Of a DNA stretch of 61,639 nucleotides, positions 26,694-34,845 are shown one piece after another. The notes beneath the pieces are model-generated. The model searched no databases. It saw only the letters and a list, made by a program, of their open reading frames with translations, and had not been told where the DNA came from. Made by a program: the position numbers and the translations under genes. The stretch is from a virus (taxonomy: Duplodnaviria; Caudoviricetes), in the IMG/VR virus record IMGVR_UViG_3300045141_000205, positions 1-61,639 of that record; one strand, given 5' to 3'. Each line of letters opens with the position of its first letter. Within the stretch, counting starts at the first letter, position 1.

Positions 26694-27349
26694 CAGGCGT
26701 CCGTGAAGATCACTTGGCACTTGATCCCGGTGAACATGATCGCGTCGTTGGTCCTGGCACCGGTGGACACCCTGACCTGGATGGTGACGGGCGAGCCCTT
26801 GGCCAGGCCACCCCGGTATCCGAAGAACGGGCACATCAGGGCCACCATGCCGGAGGCCCCGTTACCCGCGTCGCCGAAGCGCACCGTGCTCGTGTCATCG
26901 GCAGTCAGATCGGCGTCGAGGCCGTTGATGAAGGGCTTGTACAGCACATCCTGGGCGAGCCCCGTCTGCTGCGACAGCCGGGCCGTCCCCATGATGACGA
27001 TGCCTCCGGCCCGGGGCATGGTGAGCGTCCACGGGCTTGCCGGGTAGTACTTCGAGACGTTCTTGGGTACCGAGTCGTACCCCGTGTAGGAGAAGTAAGT
27101 GGTGAAGGCGTACTGGCGCAGCGGCACCCAGGATGTGCCCTCGCTGGCCACCAGGCTCCGGTCGGCGACCTGGTAGAGCAGCATGCCGCCCCTGGTGGCG
27201 TCGGTCAGTGGCCTGCCGGTGGCGCCGGGCACGATCTGGACCCCGGGGAAGTTGTCCAGGATTCCCCAGTTGGTCTCGAAGTCCGTGCGCTTGAAGGCCT
27301 CGTAGCCATAGGGCTTGAGCAACTTGAGTCGGGTGGTGGTATCCGGCAT
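26693..27349 (-). CDS. Minor structural protein
   Basis: MPDTTTRLKLLKP...FETNWGILD, a fibre-anchor-like N-terminus. Confidence 0.5.
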   Translation of the reverse strand: MPDTTTRLKLLKPYGYEAFKRTDFETNWGILDNFPGVQIVPGATGRPLTDATRGGMLLYQVADRSLVASEGTSWVPLRQYAFTTYFSYTGYDSVPKNVSKYYPASPWTLTMPRAGGIVIMGTARLSQQTGLAQDVLYKPFINGLDADLTADDTSTVRFGDAGNGASGMVALMCPFFGYRGGLAKGSPVTIQVRVSTGARTNDAIMFTGIKCQVIFTDA

Positions 27350-27372
27350 AGCGATCCTCTCGGGCGGGTCCT

Positions 27373-27408
27373 CATCCCTTCGTGGCCCTCAGGCAGCCCT
27401 CGACAGCA
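27373..27408 (-). promoter_or_regulatory. 36-bp motif, copy 3
   Basis: TGCTGTC-N9-CTGA-N7-GAAGGGATG, overlapping the 3' end of whiB. Confidence 0.75.
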
Positions 27409-27706
27409 GAGCCTCTCTGGCCTCGATCTCCTTCTTGTGCCGCCTGCGCATCTTGGCCTGTTGGCTGGGCGTCATGCCAGCCCGCATCCCGTACCTGTCC
27501 GGGTGCACCATGGCATCCCAGAAGCACTCCTCCTGGACCGGGCAGCCCCGGCAGACCTGCCGCACCCGTTCCTGGCGGAACTGGGTGTTCCTGCGCAGCA
27601 GAGCCGCTCTCTCCTTGCTCCGGTCCGAGTCGGTGCTCCAGCCCTCGGTGAAGAACAGGTCCGGGTCGTACTTACGGCAGGCGCTCTGGTCCATCCACTC
27701 CTTCAT
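27389..27706 (-). CDS. whiB: WhiB-family (4Fe-4S) transcription regulator
   Basis: GGAGGTG RBS and ATG at 27706; WMDQSAC...DPDLFF...VCRGCPVQEEC; GMRAG in place of the usual G(V/I)WGG. Confidence 0.85.
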   Translation of the reverse strand: MKEWMDQSACRKYDPDLFFTEGWSTDSDRSKERAALLRRNTQFRQERVRQVCRGCPVQEECFWDAMVHPDRYGMRAGMTPSQQAKMRRRHKKEIEAREALLSRAA

Positions 27707-27717
27707 GACGTCACCTC

Positions 27718-27753
27718 CACCCTTTCGGAGCGGAGAGACTGCCCCCGACAGCA
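27718..27753 (-). promoter_or_regulatory. 36-bp motif, copy 4 (variant)
   Basis: TGCTGTC-N20-GAAAGGGTG with no central CTGA; upstream of whiB. Confidence 0.65.
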
Positions 27754-27793
27754 CGAGGCCCCCACCGCAGTCGAGAGATGGGGGCCTCGTGCT
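27750..27793 (-). terminator. Stem-loop terminator
   Basis: 15-bp perfect inverted repeat AGCACGAGGCCCCCA/TGGGGGCCTCGTGCT after the FN3 gene. Confidence 0.7.
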
Positions 27794-27805
27794 CCTTGGG
27801 AAGGA

Positions 27806-29053
27806 TCAGATGGGCGTAGCCGCCGTCGAGGTCCTGGACGCACCAGGTCCCCGGTTGCTCAACGGGGTCACGGTGGCCGTGGTCGAAACCTTGGCCTGGC
27901 CGGTGAAGGTGGTGGTGAGCACCGTGCCCAGGGTCACCTTGGCGCCGTTGGACAGGGTGACCTTGTAGCCGGTGACCGGGACCGGTGGGGTCTTGGCCGC
28001 AGGTGCGGTCCAGTCGACCTTGAGTTCGCCCCCGACCGCCGTGGCCGCAGCAGCGATGGTGGCCACCTGGTTCGGACCGTCCGTCGTGCCGTCCGGGTTG
28101 TACTGCGGGTTCGGGTCCACGACGGCGGTGCTCGCAGGCCTCGTGGCATGCGTGCCGTCCAACTCGTAGCGGTCGTTGACCGTGTCGAACGGCTTGGGCA
28201 CGACCTCTGCCGACCACGGCGAGTAGGCGCTGGAGCCGTTGTCGTTGAGCGCCGAGACCCGGAAAACGTAGGTCTCGCTGGGGGTCAGCGTCCCCATCAC
28301 CACCGAGGTGGTCGCCGGTGCCGCAGCGGTGGCTCTCGGTGCCCACTCGGTCCCGACGGAGTAGACCTTGGCACCCGCACCAGGGGTCTTCGTGGTCGCG
28401 ACCCGAGCGCACTCCACCCGGTAGCCGGTGATCTTGGCGTTCACCGGGTCCGTCACCTGGGCGAAGGTCACCGTCACCGTCAACGGCGCCGTGACCGCCA
28501 CGGTCGGCGCTGCCGGAGCCACCGTCGGTGCGTTGTTGGAGGTGGTCCTGAGCACGACCTGCTGGTTCACCGTGTCCAAGGTGCCGGACATCTTCTGGTT
28601 GAGGTCGGGCCGTGGCAGGCCGTCGGAGATCGGACGATCGGTCCAGGTGGTGTCGAGGTTGGTGCCCGAAGGCCCCAGGCTGGAGACCCGGTAGGACGGG
28701 TTGGCCTGCACGATCGGACCACCGGAGAGAGTGGTGTCGGTGGTGCCGGTCATCATCAGCGCCGGGTCAGTCTCGCTCATGGGTGCCCGGTAGGCCCTAC
28801 CGGCGCCACCGACCCCCTCGGTGTCGAACGGGGTGCTCGGAGCCGATGGCGGGTTGTAGTTGCCCGGGCCGGTGCTGACCGGAGAGCCCCCGGCCAGCCT
28901 CTGCCCGGTCCCCTCGGTCTCCCTCTCGCCGTCGTAGAGGAAGGCTCCGCTCTTGTCCTTGGTTCGTACCTGATCCTGGGTGTAGGCCGCCGCGCCGAGG
29001 CCGCCCACCACCCCGGTGGTGTCGGTGGTGCCGGTGATGTCAGTCGCAGCCAT
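27806..29053 (-). CDS. Fibronectin type III domain virion protein
   Basis: APAAPTV...ITGYRV...LTPSETYVFRVSALNDNGSSAYS, plus a second FN3-like repeat. Confidence 0.8.
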   Translation of the reverse strand: MAATDITGTTDTTGVVGGLGAAAYTQDQVRTKDKSGAFLYDGERETEGTGQRLAGGSPVSTGPGNYNPPSAPSTPFDTEGVGGAGRAYRAPMSETDPALMMTGTTDTTLSGGPIVQANPSYRVSSLGPSGTNLDTTWTDRPISDGLPRPDLNQKMSGTLDTVNQQVVLRTTSNNAPTVAPAAPTVAVTAPLTVTVTFAQVTDPVNAKITGYRVECARVATTKTPGAGAKVYSVGTEWAPRATAAAPATTSVVMGTLTPSETYVFRVSALNDNGSSAYSPWSAEVVPKPFDTVNDRYELDGTHATRPASTAVVDPNPQYNPDGTTDGPNQVATIAAAATAVGGELKVDWTAPAAKTPPVPVTGYKVTLSNGAKVTLGTVLTTTFTGQAKVSTTATVTPLSNRGPGASRTSTAATPI

Positions 29054-29065
29054 GTGCCTGCACTC

Positions 29066-29902
29066 CTAGCCGTTGAAGGATTCGAGCCACGAGACCAGTG
29101 TGCTCCTGTTCCTGCCTGCCTCCTCGGCAGCAAGAACCGTCTCGACAGAGTCGGGGAAGGCCTCGACGTGAGACTTGACCTCATCCACCGTGTAGTCCCC
29201 GGGGTCGTACGGAGAGTCCGCAGAGGCCTCGTCATCAGGAGTCTCGTCGGTGGTGATCGTGCCGGTGACTTCACCGGTGACCTGGCCGGTGAAGGTCTCC
29301 TCGGCAGGAGCACCCTCGGGGTCGGTCCCCTCAGCGGGAGCACCCTCGGGGTCGATCTCCTCACCAGGAGCATCCTCGGCCACGATCGGCTGCCGCATGG
29401 CCTCGTCGCCCTCGACGCCCGCGTCGACTTCCTCGTCGTCGAGGGGCTCGGAGACCGCAGGGATGCCGGGCTCCGTCGGTGGCGGCTGGTTGATGATGTT
29501 CTCGGCGGCATAGACCGCGTGAGCCTCGGTGTCCTCCTCGTACGGAGTGACCTCGGCAGGGTTGGGGTCCGGCTCGGCGTCCTCGCTGTCGGAGGCCAGT
29601 TCCTCCTTGTGCGCATCCACCCGGTCCTGGATCTCCAGCGGGTCGCCGTAGGCCGGGTTCAGGCTGCCGTCGTCCTTGTACACCCCGAACGTGGCATCCG
29701 GGACGTCCTCCGCCCGCTCCTCGTCGGTCTCGTACTCGCTCTCGTACTCGGTCGACTCCTCGGACGTGGCCTCCGGGACATCCTGCGCCCGCTCCTCGTC
29801 GGTCTCGTACTCGGTCGACTCCCCGAGGGTGGGCGCATCCGGGGTGGGCTCGTCGGTGTTGTCCGGGGTGGGCTCGTCGGTGTTGTCCGGGTTCTTGACC
29901 AT
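29066..29902 (-). CDS. Highly acidic low-complexity protein with small C-terminal helical domain
   Basis: Asp/Glu-rich repeats; DYTVDEVK...VLAAEEAGRNRSTLVSWL. Confidence 0.7.
   Translation of the reverse strand: MVKNPDNTDEPTPDNTDEPTPDAPTLGESTEYETDEERAQDVPEATSEESTEYESEYETDEERAEDVPDATFGVYKDDGSLNPAYGDPLEIQDRVDAHKEELASDSEDAEPDPNPAEVTPYEEDTEAHAVYAAENIINQPPPTEPGIPAVSEPLDDEEVDAGVEGDEAMRQPIVAEDAPGEEIDPEGAPAEGTDPEGAPAEETFTGQVTGEVTGTITTDETPDDEASADSPYDPGDYTVDEVKSHVEAFPDSVETVLAAEEAGRNRSTLVSWLESFNG
29711..29891 (-). repeat. Short in-frame direct repeats in the acidic protein
   Basis: 24-bp tandem (PDNTDEPT x2) and duplicated EYETDEERAxDVP. Confidence 0.75.
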
Positions 29903-29929
29903 GGTGAGGCTCTCTTTCGTGGTGGCGGG

Positions 29930-30475
29930 CTACTGGTTCTGACGCTCGGGACTGCCCATGGTGACTCTGGTCCACTTCTTGACGTTCACGGTGCCCTGCT
30001 GCTCCTCCGACGGGATGTACTGCGGGGCCAGGGATGCGTGGGTGGGGCACAGTGGCGGCTTGTCGTTCTTGGTCTTCTCCCGGACCATCACGTCGGCCCC
30101 GCACTGACCCTGGCCACGGCCATCAGGGCCGATGCAGGGCAGCACCACCATGTCGTTGCCCTGGGGCTTCTCGATCGTTGCGGCGATGGCCTGGCCGTCG
30201 CTGTTGACGCGGGCTCGGAAGGCAGCGTTCTGACGCTCGATGGCGGCGTTGAGGTCGGGGTTGTCGTCAGGGTTCTCGATGACGATCACGCCCCGGTTGA
30301 TCAACTTGATGAAGGCGACCGACGCTGCGACCGACTCCGGCACGATCTGGACATCGTTGCCGGTCGAGTCGTTGGCACCAGCCCACTCCACGTACTCAGA
30401 CCCCTTCGGGTCCGAGGACAGCACAACCACACGGGGCTCCGTGTTTCGTGCTACCACCTGCGTCGTCAACTGCAT
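29930..30475 (-). CDS. Hypothetical virion-region protein with Cys/His cluster
   Basis: 181 aa; GAGGAGG RBS; C...C...CPTH. Confidence 0.65.
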   Translation of the reverse strand: MQLTTQVVARNTEPRVVVLSSDPKGSEYVEWAGANDSTGNDVQIVPESVAASVAFIKLINRGVIVIENPDDNPDLNAAIERQNAAFRARVNSDGQAIAATIEKPQGNDMVVLPCIGPDGRGQGQCGADVMVREKTKNDKPPLCPTHASLAPQYIPSEEQQGTVNVKKWTRVTMGSPERQNQ

Positions 30476-30504
30476 GGGAGCCTCCTCAAGGCTGATTGTC
30501 GTTC

Positions 30505-30540
30505 CACCCCTTCCCAGGGCTCAGCCAGCCTCAGACAGCA
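30505..30540 (-). promoter_or_regulatory. 36-bp motif, copy 5
   Basis: TGCTGTC-N9-CTGA-N7-GAAGGGGTG. Confidence 0.75.
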
Positions 30541-31155
30541 TCACTGCCCGTCCTGCACACACACCTCGATGAACAAGTCCCGGTCGATCGGGGCTCGCTG
30601 GTGGACGGCCACCACCTGGAAGGTGAAGCCCGGTGAGCAGGCACCCGGGGGTGTGCTGGGACCCGCTGGACCTGGTGGGCCTGGTGAACCGGGGGGTCCC
30701 TGCTGGCCGGGTTGACCCGGTTGTCCATCCTTACCGGCATGCCCTGGAACCCCACGCGGTCCGCGTCTGCCGTCCTGGCCCGGCTTTCCCGGTGGACCCT
30801 GTTCTCCGCGCTGGCCTTGCTGGCCATTGCTGCCTGGCTGGCCTGGGCCACCTTGCGGCCCCTGGACTCCTGGGACACCCTGCTGTCCTGGCTGGCCATT
30901 GGCGCCGTTGCCACCATCGGCTCCATCGCGACCTGGCTTACCTGGCTGGCCTGGGACACCCTGCGGGCCAGGCGGGCCAGGCGGTCCGGAGGGTCCTGAG
31001 GGTCCGGGAACCGGTGATGGTGACGTGGAGGGTGGGGATACCGACGAGTCCGCGTGTGCCACCAGGACCGGGATCATCAGCGCCCCGGCGAACGAGACAG
31101 CGGTCAGCACACCGGCCACGGTGTAGCCGACGACGGGGTTCGACGTGATTCTCAT
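30541..31155 (-). CDS. Membrane-anchored or secreted collagen-like protein
   Basis: N-terminal hydrophobic segment ending AHA, a long Gly-X-Y run and a C-terminal Cys pair. Confidence 0.75.
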   Translation of the reverse strand: MRITSNPVVGYTVAGVLTAVSFAGALMIPVLVAHADSSVSPPSTSPSPVPGPSGPSGPPGPPGPQGVPGQPGKPGRDGADGGNGANGQPGQQGVPGVQGPQGGPGQPGSNGQQGQRGEQGPPGKPGQDGRRGPRGVPGHAGKDGQPGQPGQQGPPGSPGPPGPAGPSTPPGACSPGFTFQVVAVHQRAPIDRDLFIEVCVQDGQ

Positions 31156-31469
31156 GGGTGCGTGGGTGGTGGAGGAGGAGGCTCCTCCTCAGAGTTCTTC
31201 CTGGACGTCATCTCGGTACGCCCGGCCAGGAACCCGGCGATCACACCGATCATCGTGTTGATGATCCCGGTGATCCGGGAGACCCACAACGACAGGTCCT
31301 TGTTCGGGTGCACGAACGCGATGATCGCCACGACCAGCCCGGAGGCGATCAACGAGAAGCAGACGGTGAGCGTCAGCGACAGGATCAAGATGTCGCCGGT
31401 AGGCCGGGCGAACATGACCTCCCAGAGCCTTGGACGACGTGAGGACCTCCGAGGGGTCCTCCGAGTCAT
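31152..31469 (-). CDS. Two-TM membrane protein (holin-like)
   Basis: ATG at 31469 (ATGA overlap); basic N-terminus, two hydrophobic helices and a poly-Pro tail. Confidence 0.6.
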   Translation of the reverse strand: MTRRTPRRSSRRPRLWEVMFARPTGDILILSLTLTVCFSLIASGLVVAIIAFVHPNKDLSLWVSRITGIINTMIGVIAGFLAGRTEMTSRKNSEEEPPPPPPTHP

Positions 31470-31558
31470 GGGCGTCGGTGAGCGTACGGGAAGATCAGCA
31501 GCAGCAGGATCACGATCTGGAGCACCAGGATGATCCAGGTCAGGGTCTTCACGTCCAT
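31466..31558 (-). CDS. 30-aa single-TM peptide
   Basis: Below the ORF-track cutoff. AAGGAGG RBS; [30 protein letters not shown]; stop overlaps the next ATG. Confidence 0.7.
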   Translation of the reverse strand: MDVKTLTWIILVLQIVILLLLIFPYAHRRP

Positions 31559-31574
31559 GGGGTCCTCCTTCCCT

Positions 31575-31610
31575 CACTCCTTCACGGGCCTCCGCCCCCC
31601 ACAGACAGCA
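31575..31610 (-). promoter_or_regulatory. 36-bp motif, copy 6
   Basis: TGCTGTC-N9-CGGA-N7-GAAGGAGTG. Confidence 0.7.
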
Positions 31611-31639
31611 AGAGGCCCCCTGTAGTCGGGGGCCTCTTG
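31609..31639 (-). terminator. Terminator after major capsid gene
   Basis: 12-bp stem CAAGAGGCCCCC/GGGGGCCTCTTG with a 7-nt loop. Confidence 0.75.
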
Positions 31640-31650
31640 ACTGATCTGGG

Positions 31651-32637
31651 TCAGGACTTGGTGATCGTCGCGATCCCCCGGGGGTTCAGGATGGCCATGG
31701 TCACCATCTCGTCGAACACCCAGCCCTTCCAGAAGGCCTCGACCATGTGGTTCTCCTCGACATCGAGGGAGTAGAGCACCGGGAAGACGCCGAGGAAGTT
31801 CGGCTCGGGGGTGAGGAAGACCTTGCCCTGCGGGACGATGATGCTCCGCTGGATCTGGAACTCACCGAACGAGGTGATGGTCTCGCCCGCGACCACACGG
31901 TCCTTGAAGGCCCAGCCGGTCTGGTTGATGTCCCAGCGGTACAGGTCGCGGAAGTCGAACGGGTTGATCAGGATGCGGGCCGACTGGAGTTCGTGCAGGT
32001 CGGTCATCGCCACGGCGCTGTAGAGGGCGCCCGGCGTGAGGTAGCCCGAGGCCTCCAGGATGTCGTGGTTGGGAGTGACGACGTGGTCTGGCCGGGTGGA
32101 GTAGTCGGTGGCCGCCGCCTGGAGGATCACCAGGAGCCGCGAGTCCTCCTGCTTGAGGATCGCCTGCTTGGTCTCGTCCTGAGCCTGCTCGACCGCGTTG
32201 ATCCGGAGGTAGAACAGGTCCTCCTTGCGGATCGCCGGACGCGAGGCGATGCGGAAGAACCGCACCGGGACGCGCTTGCCCTCGAACGGGGTCACGCGGA
32301 CCTCGCCCTCGGTGCCGGACATGATGTAGGCCTGGCCGAGGTCGTCCCACACGTCGTACTCGACCGGGGTGCCCGGGGTCACCGGGTCCTCGACGAGCAC
32401 GTTGCGCGTGATGCCCTGGTAGCGCAGTTTGAGTTGGATCGGGCCGACCATGCCGACGCCGAGCCGCTTGATGCCGTTCACCTCGTCCTGGAGGACGAGC
32501 GCCATCTTGCGGACCTTGGCCTCGTGGGTCAGGGTCGACCCCTTCTCGCGGCGCTCGATGATCGAGGCCACGTAGTCATCGGACTTCTTGGCGATCCGGC
32601 CACGGAGAGCCCCGCCCGCCAGTGTCATCTGCGACAT
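31651..32637 (-). CDS. Major capsid protein (HK97 fold)
   Basis: AGGAG RBS and ATG at 32637 (328 aa); PIQLKLRYQGITRNVLVED...EQAQDETKQAILKQED...MAILNPRGI; strongly C/G-ending codons; followed by a terminator. Confidence 0.85.
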   Translation of the reverse strand: MSQMTLAGGALRGRIAKKSDDYVASIIERREKGSTLTHEAKVRKMALVLQDEVNGIKRLGVGMVGPIQLKLRYQGITRNVLVEDPVTPGTPVEYDVWDDLGQAYIMSGTEGEVRVTPFEGKRVPVRFFRIASRPAIRKEDLFYLRINAVEQAQDETKQAILKQEDSRLLVILQAAATDYSTRPDHVVTPNHDILEASGYLTPGALYSAVAMTDLHELQSARILINPFDFRDLYRWDINQTGWAFKDRVVAGETITSFGEFQIQRSIIVPQGKVFLTPEPNFLGVFPVLYSLDVEENHMVEAFWKGWVFDEMVTMAILNPRGIATITKS

Positions 32638-32662
32638 CGCTGTGCTCCTGTTCTCTCCTGGC

Positions 32663-33187
32663 TTACGCCAGGCCGCCGATGGTGATCTTGGTAGCCGAGT
32701 TGACCTTGAGCAGCCGCCCGACCGTGGCGCCGGTGATCGCGGCTGCGGGGACCAGCAGGCCCTCCTTGCCAGCCGTCGCACCGGCGTTCACGTACTGCGC
32801 GGTGGTGCCGGTCGGCTGGGTCCAGGTGGCCGAGGTGTCGAACGCCGGGGCGAGGACCTCGGCCTCGGCGTCGGCGGCCATCACCCACACGGCGAAGGCG
32901 TTGATGCCCACGTCGAGGGGCTCGTCGATGCCGTCACCACCGACGTACAGCGCCGAGAAGCCGTACGGGACGGTCGGCGCGGTGATCGAGGGGGGTCCGG
33001 CACTGGCCTTGCCAAACAGCGAGACCAGTTCGGGGCCGGTGAGTGACATCACCATGCCGGGGAAGATGTTGACCGAGCGGTCCCAGCCGGGGTCCAGGAA
33101 GACGCTCTTGGGCGTCATCTGGGTCCAGCCGTACAGAGGCCGGAACGTCCTCTTGATGTAGGACTTCGCGAGTCGAGTACGAAGCAT
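32663..33187 (-). CDS. Capsid decoration/cement protein
   Basis: 174 aa, immediately upstream of the capsid gene; IFPGMVM...; beta-rich. Confidence 0.6.
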   Translation of the reverse strand: MLRTRLAKSYIKRTFRPLYGWTQMTPKSVFLDPGWDRSVNIFPGMVMSLTGPELVSLFGKASAGPPSITAPTVPYGFSALYVGGDGIDEPLDVGINAFAVWVMAADAEAEVLAPAFDTSATWTQPTGTTAQYVNAGATAGKEGLLVPAAAITGATVGRLLKVNSATKITIGGLA

Positions 33188-33248
33188 TGCGTTTCCCTCC
33201 GGGTTCAGAGATGGCCCCCGGTGATCCGGCTGCCGTGACCTGCCCTTC

Positions 33249-33284
33249 CAGCCCTTCGGAGGGCTCAGGGCGTCTCAGACAGCA
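33249..33284 (-). promoter_or_regulatory. 36-bp motif, copy 7 (upstream of decoration and capsid genes)
   Basis: TGCTGTC-N9-CTGA-N7-GAAGGGCTG. Confidence 0.75.
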
Positions 33285-33306
33285 ACCCAGGCCTGAGAAC
33301 ATGACG

Positions 33307-33345
33307 AAACCCCCTCCGGAGTGGGGGAGAAACCGGAGGGGGTTT
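33307..33345 (-). terminator. Stem-loop terminator
   Basis: 13-bp stem AAACCCCCTCCGG/CCGGAGGGGGTTT after the scaffold gene. Confidence 0.7.
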
Positions 33346-33404
33346 GCGCCAACAGACCCGGATGGAGAAGAGGGAGAGCCACCTGCCCCGCCCCACCCGG
33401 AGAC

Positions 33405-34241
33405 CTACGACAGGAACAGGTCGGCGTCCCTGGTGTCATCATCCACGGCACTGACCCCGGCCTCAGTCGTGAGCCCCTCGCCACTGACCAGGGACGGGGT
33501 GGTGCGCTGTACGGAGGCCGAGCGGGGCACCGCCGCAGTCGGGCGCTGAGTGCGCCTGGAGGCGGCCTTCATCACACCGGACAGGGTGGTGATCTCCTGC
33601 TCGATTGCCCCGGTGGAGAGGCCCTGGTCGCCCTCGATGGTGGCTGCCACCGAGAGTTCCTCACCTGAGGCGGTGCCCGCCTGGAGCCGCAGTTTGGCCA
33701 GCCGGATGGAGGCCATCGTGCGGTTGGACGCCTGGGCCTGTGATCCCTGGGCGTCCGGCCCCAGGGTCCACGGGTAAGCGCGCTGGGGGTTCATCGGGTC
33801 ACCGACACGCACGTCGACCTCGGTGCGGGTCTGGTCGTTCGGGACGTGGGTCTGGGTGCCCTCGATCGGGGCCTGCACGTCCACCAGGTCGGTGTAGGGA
33901 GCCGTCGGCAGGGTGGCGCCGGGGTCCATCGGGGTGCCGGTGGCCTCGGCTGGCAGTTCCTGCACGGAGCCGGGGGTCTGGCCGGGGTTGAGCGGGCTGT
34001 CGTACGCCTCGGGAGTGGCAGCCTCCTCGGTGGTCTCCGAGGGGGCGGTGCCGCCCGGATCGGGCACCGGCTGGCCCGGGTTCTCGATGTCGGCGGCCTT
34101 GCGGAGCGCGGTGACCTGCGGGGTGATCCCGGCCACCCGTGCGATGTAGTCGATCACCAGGCCCTGAGTGGCCACAGTTCGTCGAAGTCTCTCGATGACC
34201 TGCTGCTGCTCAGCGAGTGCCTGGGGGAGTGGACGTCCCAT
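33405..34241 (-). CDS. Putative scaffolding protein
   Basis: Coiled-coil N-terminus, Pro/acidic middle and helical C-terminus ending DADLFLS; upstream of the decoration and capsid genes. Confidence 0.55.
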   Translation of the reverse strand: MGRPLPQALAEQQQVIERLRRTVATQGLVIDYIARVAGITPQVTALRKAADIENPGQPVPDPGGTAPSETTEEAATPEAYDSPLNPGQTPGSVQELPAEATGTPMDPGATLPTAPYTDLVDVQAPIEGTQTHVPNDQTRTEVDVRVGDPMNPQRAYPWTLGPDAQGSQAQASNRTMASIRLAKLRLQAGTASGEELSVAATIEGDQGLSTGAIEQEITTLSGVMKAASRRTQRPTAAVPRSASVQRTTPSLVSGEGLTTEAGVSAVDDDTRDADLFLS

Positions 34242-34286
34242 ACTGGATACTCCTTCTGGGTGGGCCTCGCCTCACGCAAGGCCTGT

Positions 34287-34322
34287 CATCCCTTCCCAGG
34301 TCTCAGCGACCGCGAGACAGCA
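34287..34322 (-). promoter_or_regulatory. 36-bp motif, copy 8
   Basis: TGCTGTC-N9-CTGA-N7-GAAGGGATG. Confidence 0.75.
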
Positions 34323-34353
34323 TCATGGGCAGTGGCTGGGGTACGAATGGGGC

Positions 34354-34431
34354 ATGAGTCCTCTGATCTGGGTCATCGTCATCGTGCTTGTCGTCGTACT
34401 GGTCCTCGCGCTCGCACGCGGTCGCCTCTGA
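34354..34431 (+). CDS. 25-aa single-TM peptide
   Basis: MSPLIWVIVIVLVVVLVLALARGRL; no RBS, GGGTAC just upstream (possibly leaderless). Confidence 0.55.
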   Translation: MSPLIWVIVIVLVVVLVLALARGRL

Positions 34432-34440
34432 CGACACCGC

Positions 34441-34469
34441 TTGACTCGGCTCCCCCTCACCCCTACCTT
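34441..34469 (+). promoter_or_regulatory. Housekeeping-sigma-type promoter
   Basis: TTGACT-N17-TACCTT. Confidence 0.6.
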
Positions 34470-34580
34470 GTTCACCAAGGCTTCTTGGGAGCCGCACACA
34501 CATAAATAGATCAGGTCTTCTTCGGCAGGAGTGCGCCATGAACGTGCTCAACACCGAGCACTCAACCGAAGGAGAGCCGC

Positions 34581-34790
34581 ATGAGCAAAGCAGTACACCA
34601 CTCCGCTTCATCTGACCCTGTAGGCACGGTCGGCGAGGCCCGCGACTGGCTGAACGACGAGGTGCTGCCCGACAAGGCATCACTCTCGGCCAGTCCCACC
34701 GGGATCGACCACGACCAGGTTCAGTTCGGGGCAGAGTGGACCACGATGGAGTTCGCCGATGGCGAGCCCGGCCAGGTCATGGGCGGGTAA
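34581..34790 (+). CDS. Hypothetical 69-aa protein
   Basis: AAGGAG RBS; promoter upstream and terminator downstream. Confidence 0.65.
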   Translation: MSKAVHHSASSDPVGTVGEARDWLNDEVLPDKASLSASPTGIDHDQVQFGAEWTTMEFADGEPGQVMGG

Positions 34791-34804
34791 CTCCCAGCAC
34801 AAGA

Positions 34805-34840
34805 CACGAAGCCCGGGTCCGGGGGGTCCCGGGCTTCGTG
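34805..34840. terminator. Hairpin between convergent genes
   Basis: 13-bp stem CACGAAGCCCGGG/CCCGGGCTTCGTG. Confidence 0.7.
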
Positions 34841-34845
34841 CTGTC

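Noticed and set aside
26714-30715. Very long plus-strand ORFs (also 46237..50199, 41268..44432, 34759..37539, 2362..4035 and others)
   Set aside because: Antisense shadows of high-GC minus-strand genes: no RBS or motifs and low-information translations.
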